This document shows positions 31,719-32,000 of a stretch of 32,000 bases of DNA, in pieces. The DNA is from Candidatus Velamenicoccus archaeovorus. Lineage in GTDB: Bacteria > Omnitrophota > Gorgyraeia > Velamenicoccales > Velamenicoccaceae. Position numbers and translations under genes: made by a program. The notes beneath the pieces are model-generated. The model did not search any database. It was not told the DNA's origin and worked only from the letters and a program-made list of their open reading frames with translations. Each line of letters starts with the position of its first letter. Within the stretch, counting starts at the first letter, position 1. Location of the stretch: NCBI RefSeq assembly GCF_004102945.1, contig NZ_CP019384.1:810001-842000 (forward strand), written 5' to 3'.

Positions 31719-32000
31719 TATTTTATGATCCCCGGTTTGCCGTAGAGTTCCAAGAGGTCATTGATGTTTTCGATACCCCAGGTGGCGATACGGGATTCTT
31801 TGGCCAGGAGTTTTGCATTGCGGTCGATCTCTCCCAGTCCGATGATGATCTTGTGTACCTTTTTCTGTTTGAAGGATTTGACCATGGCAATGAATTCCGT
31901 GACGTCGTGTTCGTTGATGCCGTCTTCTTTGATGGCGGCGATCCAGAGGTTGTCCTGGGTTTTACCGAAGATGCCGACGCGCAGATTGGAATTTTCGAAC
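31718..32000 (-). CDS. C-terminal fragment of a restriction-endonuclease-like (Mrr-cat-like) protein; gene continues beyond the right edge
   Basis: My translation: FENSNLRVGIFGKTQDNLWIAAIKEDGINEHDVTEFIAMVKSFKQKKVHKIIIGLGEIDRNAKLLAKESRIATWGIENINDLLELYGKPGIIK*. The layout resembles Mrr-type nuclease C-termini (xxCKxx..V..f......kgifit.s.ft..A...a....i.l.d...L..L). The TAA stop overlaps the next ATG by 1 nt. Tentative. Confidence 0.4.
   Translation of the reverse strand, partial: FENSNLRVGIFGKTQDNLWIAAIKEDGINEHDVTEFIAMVKSFKQKKVHKIIIGLGEIDRNAKLLAKESRIATWGIENINDLLELYGKPGIIK

Noticed and set aside
1-32000. Mobile element, prophage or defence island
   Set aside because: No transposase, integrase, recombinase, phage structural gene, tRNA attachment site or flanking direct repeats of island type were seen. 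Gene content and tight operon coupling look like core chromosome.

Overview
32-kb chromosomal segment from an unidentified diderm bacterium. OmpA/LysM, SPOR, a lipobox protein and a PVC-type 'small basic protein' hint at an uncultivated PVC/Omnitrophota-like lineage, but the window cannot establish this. I call about 45 protein genes, all but two on the minus strand. They sit in long, translationally coupled strings, with 7 ATGA start/stop overlaps seen directly. Content is mostly housekeeping and envelope functions: otsBA trehalose synthesis, an MscS channel, pncB, aroB, uppP, truD, lexA, an acyl-CoA ligase, an M50 protease and a dGTPase. There is an unusually dense c-di-GMP signalling set: three PilZ proteins (one fused to STAS), a REC-GGDEF(GGDDF)-MshEN-like protein and a GAF-HD-GYP protein. 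I found no rRNA, tRNA, CRISPR array, transposase, integrase or phage genes, and no recognisable defence island. The most unusual material is non-coding. (1) A family of small hairpin modules (GGTCT / YTTCY loop / TAGRCC, alternating with hairpins whose stems differ between copies but stay complementary) occurs at two intergenic loci (20.3-20.7 kb and 27.6-27.75 kb), with a related hairpin at 24.1 kb. (2) Two homologous long rod-like hairpins (20404-20481 and 24122-24234) each directly follow such a module. (3) A GC-rich, ORF-free, hairpin-dense region of about 340 nt (24.70-25.03 kb) carries the ordered sequence blocks of a cobalamin-riboswitch core and a three-copy, mutually exclusive helix arrangement, but in an orphan genomic context. 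Several near-consensus sigma70 promoters are visible; two sit so close to their ATG that the mRNAs would be leaderless. All functional calls come from motif recognition by eye, with no database search, and all RNA calls are hypotheses.
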